64,000 nucleotides of DNA from the human T2T-CHM13v2.0 reference genome, Homo sapiens, in the NCBI RefSeq assembly GCF_009914755.1, contig NC_060944.1, one strand, 5' to 3'. The notes below the pieces were generated by a model, which was not told the DNA's origin, searched no databases, and worked only from the letters and a program-made list of their open reading frames with translations. Numbering within the stretch: the first letter of the stretch is position 1; the number at the start of each line of letters is the position of its first letter. Shown here one piece after another: positions 49,959-61,900 of this stretch. The translations under genes were made by a program, and so were the position numbers.

Positions 49959-52900
49959 CATTCTCAGAAGTTTATTTGTGATGTGTGCCCTCAACTAACA
50001 GAGTTGAACCTTTCTTTTGATAGAGCAGTTTTGAAACACTCTTTTTGTAAAATCTGCAAGAGGATATTTGGATAGCTTTGAGGATTTCGTTGCAAACGGG
50101 AATGGCTTCATATAAACTCTAGACAGAAGCATTCTCAGAAACTTCGTTGGGATGTTTCGATTGAAGTCCCAGTGTTGAACATTCCCTTTTATAGAGCAGG
50201 TTGGAAACACTCTTTCTGCATTCCCTGGAAGTGGACATTTGGAGCGCTTTCAGGACGACGGTGAAAATGGAAATATCTTCCAAGAAAATCTAGATAGAAG
50301 CAACGTCAGAAACTTTTATGTGATGGATCTACTCAGCTAACAGAGTTGAACCTTTCTTTTGAGAGAGCAGTTTTGCAACACTCTTTTTGTGGAATATGCA
50401 AGTGGATATTAGGGCAGCTTTGAGGATTTCGTTGGAAACGGGAATACATGTAAAAAGCAGACAGCAGCATTCTCAGAAACTTCTTTGTGATGTTTGCATT
50501 GAAGTCACAGAGTTGAACATTCCCTTTGAGAGAGCAGGTTTGAAACACGCCTTTTGTCATATCTGGAAGTGTCCATTCGGAGCGCATTCAGGCTTGTGTT
50601 GAAAAAGGAAATATCCTCCCATAAAAACTAGACAGAAGCATTCTCAGAAACTTATCTGTGATGTATGTACTCAACTAACAGAACTAAACCATCGTTTTGA
50701 AGGAGCAGTTTTGAAACACTCTTTTTGCGGAATCTGCAAGTGGATATTTGGCTAGCTGGGAGGATTTCGTTGGAAACGGGATTACATACAAAAAGCAGAG
50801 AGCAGCATTCTCAGAAACTTCTTTGTGATGTTTGCATTCAAGTCACAGAGTTGAACATTCCCTTTCATAGAGCAGGTTTGAAACACTCTTTTTGTAGTAT
50901 CTGGATGTGGACATTTGGATCGCTTTCAGGCCTATGGTGAAAAAGGAAATATCTTCCCATGAAAACTAGACAGAAGCATTCTCAGAAACTTATTTGTGAT
51001 GTGTGCCCTCAACTGACAGTGTTGAACCTTTGTTTTGATAGAGCAGTTCTGAAACACACTTTTTGTAAAATCTGCAAGAGGATATTTGGATAGCTTTGAG
51101 GATTTCGTTGGAAACGGGAATGTCTTCATGTAAACTCTAGACAGAAGCATTCTCAGAAACTGCTTTGGGATGTTTCAATTGAAGTCCCAGTGTTGAACAT
51201 TCCCTTTCATAGAGCAGGTTTGAAACACTCTTTTTGTACTATCTGGAAGTGGACATTTGGAGCGCTTTCAGGTCTACGGTGAAAAAGGAGATATCTTCCA
51301 ATAAAAACTAGATAGAAGCAATGTCAGAACTTTTTTCATGATGTATCTACTCAGCAAACAGAGTTGAACCTTTCTTTTGAGAGAGCAGTTTTGAAACACT
51401 CTTTTTGTGGAATATGCAAGTGGGTATTAGGCCAGCTTGGATGATTTCGTTGGAAACGGGAATACGTATAAAAAGCAGACAGCAGCATTGTCAGAAACTA
51501 CTTTGTGATGTTTGCATTCAAGTCACAGAATTGAACACTCCCTTTCACAGAGCAGGTTTGAAACACTCTTTTTGTAGTGTCTGTAAGTGAACATTTGGAT
51601 TGCTTTCAGGCCTAAGGTGAAAAAGGAAATATCTTCCCATAAAAACTAGACAGAAGCATTCTCAGAAACTTGTTTGTGATGTGTGCCCTCTACTGACAGA
51701 GTTGAACCTTTCTTTGCAAAGAGCAGTTTTGAAACACTCTTTTTGTAGAATCTGCAAGAGGATATTTGGATAGCTTTGAGGATTTCTTGGGAAACGGGAA
51801 TGTCTTCAGATAAACTCTAGACAGAAGCATTCTCAGAAACTTCTTTGGGATGTTTCAATTGAAGTCACAGTGTTGAACATTCCCTTTCACAGAGCAGGTT
51901 TGAAACACTCTTTTTGTAGTGTCTATAAGTGAACATTTGGCGTGCTTTCAGGCGTAACGTGAAAAAGGAAATATCTTCCCATAAAAACTAGACAGAAGCA
52001 TTCTCAGAAACTTGTTCTTGATGTGTCCCCTCTACTGACAGAGTTGAACCTTTCTTTGCAAAGAGCAGCTTTGAAACACTCTTTTTGTAGAATCTGCAAG
52101 AGGATATTTGGATAGCTTGGAGGATTTCGTTGGAAACGGGTATGTCTTCAGATAAACTCTAGACAGAAGCATTCTCAGAAACTTCTTTGGGATGTTGCAT
52201 TCAAGTCACAGAGTAGAACATTCCCATTCATAGAGCAGATTTGAAACACTCTTTTTGTAGTATCTGGAAGTGGACATTTGGAGCGCTTTCAGGCCTATGT
52301 TGAAAAAGGAAATATCTTCCCATAAAAACTAGACGGAAGCATTCTCAGAAACTTATTTGTGATGTGTTTGCTCAACTAACAGGATTGAACCATCGTTTTG
52401 AAGGAGCAGTTTTGAAACACTGTTTTCGTGGAATCTGCAAGTGGATATTTGGCTAGCTTTGAGGATTTCGTTGGAAACGGGATTACATATAAAAAGGAGA
52501 CAGCAGCATTCTCAGAAACTTCTTTGTGATGTCTGCATTCAATTCACAGAGTTGAGCATTCCCTTTCATAGAGCAGGTTGGAAACACTCTTTTTGTAGTA
52601 TCTGGATGAGGACATTTGGAGCGCTTTCAGGCGTATGGTGAAAAAGGAAATATCTTCCCGTAAAAACTAGACAGAAGCCTTCTCAGAAGTTTATTTGTGA
52701 TGTGTGCCCTCAACTAACAGAGTTGAACCTTTCTTTTGATAGAGCAGTTTTGAAACACTCTTTTTGTAAAATCTGCAAGAGGATATTTGGATAGCTTTGA
52801 GGATTTCGTTGCAAACGGGAATGGCTTCATATAAACTCTAGACAGAAGCATTCTCAGAAACTTCGTTGGGATGTTTCGATTGAAGTCCCAGTGTTGAACA

Positions 52901-55900
52901 TTCCCTTTTATAGAGCAGGTTGGAAACACTCTTTCTGCATTCCCTGGAAGTGGACATTTGGAGCGCTTTCAGGACGACGGTGAAAATGGAAATATCTTCC
53001 AAGAAAATCTAGATAGAAGCAATGTCAGAAACTTTTATGTGATGGATCTACTCAGCTAACAGAGTTGAACCTTTCTTTTGAGAGAGCAGTTTTGCAACAC
53101 TCTTTTTGTGGAATATGCAAGTGGATATTAGGGCAGCTTTGAGGATTTCGTTGGAAACGGGAATACATGTAAAAAGCAGACAGCAGCATTCTCAGAAACT
53201 TCTTTGTGATGTTTGCATTGAAGTCACAGAGTTGAACATTCCCTTTGAGAGAGCAGGTTTGAAACACGCCTTTTGTCATATCTGGAAGTGTCCATTCGGA
53301 GCGCATTCAGGCTTGTGTTGAAAAAGGAAATATCCTCCCATAAAAACTAGACAGAAGCATTCTCAGAAACTTATTTGTGATGTATGTACTCAACTAACAG
53401 AACTAAACCATCGTTTTGAAGGAGCAGTTTTGAAACACTCTTTTTGCGGAATCTGCAAGTGGATATTTGGCTAGCTGGGAGGATTTCGTTGGAAACGGGA
53501 TTACATACAAAAAGCAGACAGCAGCATTCTCAGAAACTTCTTTGTGATGTTTGCATTCAAGTCACAGAGTTGAACATTCCCTTTCATAGAGCAGGTTTGA
53601 AACACTCTTTTTGTAGTATCTGGATGTGGACATTTGGATCGCTTTCAGGCCTATGGTGAAAAAGGAAATATCTTCCCATGAAAACTAGACAGAAGCATTC
53701 TCAGAAACTTATTTGTGATGTGTGCCCTCAACTGACAGTGTTGAACCTTTGTTTTGATAGAGCAGTTCTGAAACACACTTTTTGTAAAATCTGCAAGAGG
53801 ATATTTGGATAGCTTTGAGGATTTCGTTGGAAACGGGAATGTCTTCATGTAAACTCTAGACAGAAGCATTCTCAGAAACTGCTTTGGGATGTTTCAATTG
53901 AAGTCCCAGTGTTGAACATTCCCATTCATAGAGCAGGTTTGAAACACTCTTTTTGTACTATCTGGAAGTGGACATTTGGAGCGCTTTCAGGTCTACGGTG
54001 AAAAAGGAGATATCTTCCAATAAAAACTAGATAGAAGCAATGTCAGAACTTTTTTCATGATGTATCTACTCAGCAAACAGAGTTGAACCTTTCTTTTGAG
54101 AGAGCAGTTTTGAAACACTCTTTTTGTGGAATATGCAAGTGGGTATTAGGCCAGCTTGGAGGATTTCGTTGGAAACGGGAATACGTATAAAAAGCAGACA
54201 GCAGCATTGTCAGAAACTACTTTGTGATGTTTGCATTCAAGTCACAGAATTGAACACTCCCTTTCACAGAGCAGGTTTGAAACACTCTTTTTGTAGTGTC
54301 TGTAAGTGAACATTTGGATTGCTTTCAGGCCTAAGGTGAAAAAGGAAATATCTTCCCATAAAAACTAGACAGAAGCATTCTCAGAAACTTGTTTGTGATG
54401 TGTGCCCTCTACTGACAGAGTTGAACCTTTCTTTGCAAAGAGCAGTTTTGAAACACTCTTTTTGTAGAATCTGCAAGAGGATATTTGGATAGCTTTGAGG
54501 ATTTCTTGGGAAACGGGAATGTCTTCAGATAAACTCTAGACAGAAGCATTCTCAGAAACTTCTTTGGGATGTTTCAATTGAAGTCACAGTGTTGAACATT
54601 CCCTTTCACAGAGCAGGTTTGAAACACTCTTTTTGTAGTGTCTATAAGTGAACATTTGGCGTGCTTTCAGGCCTAACGTGAAAAAGGAAATATCTTCCCA
54701 TAAAAACTAGACAGAAGCATTCTCAGAAACTTGTTCGTGATGTGTGCCCTCTACTGACAGAGTTGAACCTTTCTTTGCAAAGAGCAGCTTTGAAACACTC
54801 TTTTTGTAGAATCTGCAAGAGGATATTTGGATAGCTTGGAGGATTTCGTTGGAAACGGGTATGTCTTCAGATAAACTCTAGACAGAAGCATTCTCAGAAA
54901 CTTCTTTGGGATGTTGCATTCAAGTCACAGAGTAGAACATTCCCATTCATAGAGCAGATTTGAAACACTCTTTTTGTAGTATCTGGAAGTGGACATTTGG
55001 AGCGCTTTCAGGCCTATGTTGAAAAAGGAAATATCTTCCCATAAAAACTAGACGGAAGCATTCTCAGAAACTTATTTGTGATGTGTTTGCTCAACTAACA
55101 GGATTGAACCATCGTTTTGAAGGAGCAGTTTTGAAACACTGTTTTCGTGGAATCTGCAAGTGGATATTTGGCTAGCTTTGAGGATTTCGTTGGAAACGGG
55201 ATTACATATAAAAAGGAGACAGCAGCATTCTCAGAAACTTCTTTGTGATGTCTGCATTCAATTCACAGAGTTGAGCATTCCCTTTCATAGAGCAGGTTGG
55301 AAACACTCTTTTTGTAGTATCTGGATGAGGACATTTGGAGCGCTTTCAGGCGTATGGTGAAAAAGGAAATATCTTCCCGTAAAAACTAGACAGAAGCCTT
55401 CTCAGAAGTTTATTTGTGATGTGTGCCCTCAACTAACAGAGTTGAACCTTTCTTTTGATAGAGCAGTTTTGAAACACTCTTTTTGTAAAATCTGCAAGAG
55501 GATATTTGGATAGCTTTGAGGATTTCGTTGCAAACGGGAATGGCTTCATATAAACTCTAGACAGAAGCATTCTCAGAAACTTCGTTGGGATGTTTCGATT
55601 GAAGTCCCAGTGTTGAACATTCCCTTTTATAGAGCAGGTTGGAAACACTCTTTCTGCATTCCCTGGAAGTGGACATTTGGAGCGCTTTCAGGACGACGGT
55701 GAAAATGGAAATATCTTCCAAGAAAATCTAGATAGAAGCAACGTCAGAAACTTTTATGTGATGGATCTACTCAGCTAACAGAGTTGAACCTTTCTTTTGA
55801 GAGAGCAGTTTTGCAACACTCTTTTTGTGGAATATGCAAGTGGATATTAGGGCAGCTTTGAGGATTTCGTTGGAAACGGGAATACATGTAAAAAGCAGAC

Positions 55901-58900
55901 AGCAGCATTCTCAGAAACTTCTTTGTGATGTTTGCATTGAAGTCACAGAGTTGAACATTCCCTTTGAGAGAGCAGGTTTGAAACACGCCTTTTGTCATAT
56001 CTGGAAGTGTCCATTCGGAGCGCATTCAGGCTTGTGTTGAAAAAGGAAATATCCTCCCATAAAAACTAGACAGAAGCATTCTCAGAAACTTATCTGTGAT
56101 GTATGTACTCAACTAACAGAACTAAACCATCGTTTTGAAGGAGCAGTTTTGAAACACTCTTTTTGCGGAATCTGCAAGTGGATATTTGGCTAGCTGGGAG
56201 GATTTCGTTGGAAACGGGATTACATACAAAAAGCAGACAGCAGCATTCTCAGAAACTTCTTTGTGATGTTTGCATTCAAGTCACAGAGTTGAACATTCCC
56301 TTTCATAGAGCAGGTTTGAAACACTCTTTTTGTAGTATCTGGATGTGGACATTTGGATCGCTTTCAGGCCTATGGTGAAAAAGGAAATATCTTCCCATGA
56401 AAACTAGACAGAAGCATTCTCAGAAACTTATTTGTGATGTGTGCCCTCAACTGACAGTGTTGAACCTTTGTTTTGATAGAGCAGTTCTGAAACACACTTT
56501 TTGTAAAATCTGCAAGAGGATATTTGGATAGCTTTGAGGATTTCGTTGGAAACGGGAATGTCTTCATGTAAACTCTAGACAGAAGCATTCTCAGAAACTG
56601 CTTTGGGATGTTTCAATTGAAGTCCCAGTGTTGAACATTCCCATTCATAGAGCAGGTTTGAAACACTCTTTTTGTACTATCTGGAAGTGGACATTTGGAG
56701 CGCTTTCAGGTCTACGGTGAAAAAGGAGATATCTTCCAATAAAAACTAGATAGAAGCAATGTCAGAACTTTTTTCATGATGTATCTACTCAGCAAACAGA
56801 GTTGAACCTTTCTTTTGAGAGAGCAGTTTTGAAACACTCTTTTTGTGGAATATGCAAGTGGGTATTAGGCCAGCTTGGAGGATTTCGTTGGAAACGGGAA
56901 TACGTATAAAAAGCAGACAGCAGCATTGTCAGAAACTACTTTGTGATGTTTGCATTCAAGTCACAGAATTGAACACTCCCTTTCACAGAGCAGGTTTGAA
57001 ACACTCTTTTTGTAGTGTCTGTAAGTGAACATTTGGATTGCTTTCAGGCCTAAGGTGAAAAAGGAAATATCTTCCCATAAAAACTAGACAGAAGCATTCT
57101 CAGAAACTTGTTTGTGATGTGTGCCCTCTACTGACAGAGTTGAACCTTTCTTTGCAAAGAGCAGTTTTGAAACACTCTTTTTGTAGAATCTGCAAGAGGA
57201 TATTTGGATAGCTTTGAGGATTTCTTGGGAAACGGGAATGTCTTCAGATAAACTCTAGACAGAAGCATTCTCAGAAACTTCTTTGGGATGTTTCAATTGA
57301 AGTCACAGTGTTGAACATTCCCTTTCACAGAGCAGGTTTGAAACACTCTTTTTGTAGTGTCTATAAGTGAACATTTGGCGTGCTTTCAGGCCTAACGTGA
57401 AAAAGGAAATATCTTCCCATAAAAACTAGACAGAAGCATTCTCAGAAACTTGTTCTTGATGTGTGCCCTCTACTGACAGAGTTGAACCTTTCTTTGCAAA
57501 GAGCAGCTTTGAAACACTCTTTTTGTAGAATCTGCAAGAGGATATTTGGATAGCTTGGAGGATTTCGTTGGAAACGGGTATGTCTTCAGATAAACTCTAG
57601 ACAGAAGCATTCTCAGAAACTTCTTTGGGATGTTGCATTCAAGTCACAGAGTAGAACATTCCCATTCATAGAGCAGATTTGAAACACTCTTTTTGTAGTA
57701 TCTGGAAGTGGACATTTGGAGCGCTTTCAGGCCTATGTTGAAAAAGGAAATATCTTCCCATAAAAACTAGACGGAAGCATTCTCAGAAACTTATTTGTGA
57801 TGTGTTTGCTCAACTAACAGGATTGAACCATCGTTTTGAAGGAGCAGTTTTGAAACACTGTTTTCGTGGAATCTGCAAGTGGATATTTGGCTAGCTTTGA
57901 GGATTTCGTTGGAAACGGGATTACATATAAAAAGGAGACAGCAGCATTCTCAGAAACTTCTTTGTGATGTCTGCATTCAATTCACAGAGTTGAGCATTCC
58001 CTTTCATAGAGCAGGTTGGAAACACTCTTTTTGTAGTATCTGGATGAGGACATTTGGAGCGCTTTCAGGCGTATGGTGAAAAAGGAAATATCTTCCCGTA
58101 AAAACTAGACAGAAGCATTCTCAGAAGTTTATTTGTGATGTGTGCCCTCAACTAACAGAGTTGAACCTTTCTTTTGATAGAGCAGTTTTGAAACACTCTT
58201 TTTGTAAAATCTGCAAGAGGATATTTGGATAGCTTTGAGGATTTCGTTGCAAACGGGAATGGCTTCATATAAACTCTAGACAGAAGCATTCTCAGAAACT
58301 TCGTTGGGATGTTTCGATTGAAGTCCCAGTGTTGAACATTCCCTTTTATAGAGCAGGTTGGAAACACTCTTTCTGCATTCCCTGGAAGTGGACATTTGGA
58401 GCGCTTTCAGGACGACGGTGAAAATGGAAATATCTTCCAAGAAAATCTAGATAGAAGCAACGTCAGAAACTTTTATGTGATGGATCTACTCAGCTAACAG
58501 AGTTGAACCTTTCTTTTGAGAGAGCAGTTTTGCAACACTCTTTTTGTGGAATATGCAAGTGGATACTAGGGCAGCTTTGAGGATTTCGTTGGAAACGGGA
58601 ATACATGTAAAAAGCAGACAGCAGCATTCTCAGAAACTTCTTTGTGATGTTTGCATTGAAGTCACAGAGTTGAACATTCCCTTTGAGAGAGCAGGTTTGA
58701 AACACGCCTTTTGTCATATCTGGAAGTGTCCATTCGGAGCGCATTCAGGCTTGTGTTGAAACAGGAAATATCCTCCCATAAAAACTAGACAGAAGCATTC
58801 TCAGAAACTTATTTGTGATGTATGTACTCAACTAACAGAACTAAACCATCGTTTTGAAGGAGCAGTTTTGAAACACTCTTTTTGCGGAATCTGCAAGTGG

Positions 58901-61900
58901 ATATTTGGCTAGCTGGGAGGATTTCGTTGGAAACGGGATTACATACAAAAAGCAGACAGCAGCATTCTCAGAAACTTCTTTGTGATGTTTGCATTCAAGT
59001 CACAGAGTTGAACATTCCCTTTCATAGAGCAGGTTTGAAACACTCTTTTTGTAGTATCTGGATGTGGACATTTGGATCGCTTTCAGGCCTATGGTGAAAA
59101 AGGAAATATCTTCCCATGAAAACTAGACAGAAGCATTCTCAGAAACTTATTTGTGATGTGTGCCCTCAACTGACAGTGTTGAACCTTTGTTTTGATAGAG
59201 CAGTTCTGAAACACACTTTTTGTAAAATCTGCAAGAGGATATTTGGATAGCTTTGAGGATTTCGTTGGAAACGGGAATGTCTTCATGTAAACTCTAGACA
59301 GAAGCATTCTCAGAAACTGCTTTGGGATGTTTCAATTGAAGTCCCAGTGTTGAACATTCCCATTCATAGAGCAGGTTTGAAACACTCTTTTTGTACTATC
59401 TGGAAGTGGACATTTGGAGCGCTTTCAGGTCTACGGTGAAAAAGGAGATATCTTCCAATAAAAACTAGATAGAAGCAATGTCAGAACTTTTTTCATGATG
59501 TATCTACTCAGCAAACAGAGTTGAACCTTTCTTTTGAGAGAGCAGTTTTGAAACACTCTTTTTGTGGAATATGCAAGTGGGTATTAGGCCAGCTTGGAGG
59601 ATTTCGTTGGAAACGGGAATACGTATAAAAAGCAGACAGCAGCATTGTCAGAAACTACTTTGTGATGTTTGCATTCAAGTCACAGAATTGAACACTCCCT
59701 TTCACAGAGCAGGTTTGAAACACTCTTTTTGTAGTGTCTGTAAGTGAACATTTGGATTGCTTTCAGGCCTAAGGTGAAAAAGGAAATATCTTCCCATAAA
59801 AACTAGACAGAAGCATTCTCAGAAACTTGTTTGTGATGTGTGCCCTCTACTGACAGAGTTGAACCTTTCTTTGCAAAGAGCAGTTTTGAAACACTCTTTT
59901 TGTAGAATCTGCAAGAGGATATTTGGATAGCTTTGAGGATTTCTTGGGAAACGGGAATGTCTTCAGATAAACTCTAGACAGAAGCATTCTCAGAAACTTC
60001 TTTGGGATGTTTCAATTGAAGTCACAGTGTTGAACATTCCCTTTCACAGAGCAGGTTTGAAACACTCTTTTTGTAGTGTCTATAAGTGAACATTTGGCGT
60101 GCTTTCAGGCCTAACGTGAAAAAGGAAATATCTTCCCATAAAAACTAGACAGAAGCATTCTCAGAAACTTGTTCTTGATGTGTGCCCTCTACTGACAGAG
60201 TTGAACCTTTCTTTGCAAAGAGCAGCTTTGAAACACTCTTTTTGTAGAATCTGCAAGAGGATATTTGGATAGCTTGGAGGATTTCGTTGGAAACGGGTAT
60301 GTCTTCAGATAAACTCTAGACAGAAGCATTCTCAGAAACTTCTTTGGGATGTTGCATTCAAGTCACAGAGTAGAACATTCCCATTCATAGAGCAGATTTG
60401 AAACACTCTTTTTGTAGTATCTGGAAGTGGACATTTGGAGCGCTTTCAGGCCTATGTTGAAAAAGGAAATATCTTCCCATAAAAACTAGACGGAAGCATT
60501 CTCAGAAACTTATTTGTGATGTGTTTGCTCAACTAACAGGATTGAACCATCGTTTTGAAGGAGCAGTTTTGAAACACTGTTTTCGTGGAATCTGCAAGTG
60601 GATATTTGGCTAGCTTTGAGGATTTCGTTGGAAACGGGATTACATATAAAAAGGAGACAGCAGCATTCTCAGAAACTTCTTTGTGATGTCTGCATTCAAT
60701 TCACAGAGTTGAGCATTCCCTTTCATAGAGCAGGTTGGAAACACTCTTTTTGTAGTATCTGGATGAGGACATTTGGAGCGCTTTCAGGCGTATGGTGAAA
60801 AAGGAAATATCTTCCCGTAAAAACTAGACAGAAGCATTCTCAGAAGTTTATTTGTGATGTGTGCCCTCAACTAACAGAGTTGAACCTTTCTTTTGATAGA
60901 GCAGTTTTGAAACACTCTTTTTGTAAAATCTGCAAGAGGATATTTGGATAGCTTTGAGGATTTCGTTGCAAACGGGAATGGCTTCATATAAACTCTAGAC
61001 AGAAGCATTCTCAGAAACTTCGTTGGGATGTTTCGATTGAAGTCCCAGTGTTGAACATTCCCTTTTATAGAGCAGGTTGGAAACACTCTTTCTGCATTCC
61101 CTGGAAGTGGACATTTGGAGCGCTTTCAGGACGACGGTGAAAATGGAAATATCTTCCAAGAAAATCTAGATAGAAGCAACGTCAGAAACTTTTATGTGAT
61201 GGATCTACTCAGCTAACAGAGTTGAACCTTTCTTTTGAGAGAGCAGTTTTGCAACACTCTTTTTGTGGAATATGCAAGTGGATATTAGGGCAGCTTTGAG
61301 GATTTCGTTGGAAACGGGAATACATGTAAAAAGCAGACAGCAGCATTCTCAGAAACTTCTTTGTGATGTTTGCATTGAAGTCACAGAGTTGAACATTCCC
61401 TTTGAGAGAGCAGGTTTGAAACACGCCTTTTGTCATATCTGGAAGTGTCCATTCGGAGCGCATTCAGGCTTGTGTTGAAAAAGGAAATATCCTCCCATAA
61501 AAACTAGACAGAAGCATTCTCAGAAACTTATCTGTGATGTATGTACTCAACTAACAGAACTAAACCATCGTTTTGAAGGAGCAGTTTTGAAACACTCTTT
61601 TTGCGGAATCTGCAAGTGGATATTTGGCTAGCTGGGAGGATTTCGTTGGAAACGGGATTACATACAAAAAGCAGACAGCAGCATTCTCAGAAACTTCTTT
61701 GTGATGTTTGCATTCAAGTCACAGAGTTGAACATTCCCTTTCATAGAGCAGGTTTGAAACACTCTTTTTGTAGTATCTGGATGTGGACATTTGGATCGCT
61801 TTCAGGCCTATGGTGAAAAAGGAAATATCTTCCCATGAAAACTAGACAGAAGCATTCTCAGAAACTTATTTGTGATGTGTGCCCTCAACTGACAGTGTTG

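Noticed and set aside
51442-51461. Apparent absence of segregating variants inside CENP-B boxes (nearest is G>T at 51442, 3 bp upstream) as evidence of selection
   Set aside because: Boxes cover about 5% of the HOR and only about 20 variable sites were seen, so roughly one hit is expected. Zero is not significant.
18354-58566. Singleton substitutions (18354, 25917, 27819, 42781, 47939, 51442, 54737, 58566)
   Set aside because: Ordinary private mutations or base-call errors. They are useful only as mapping markers.
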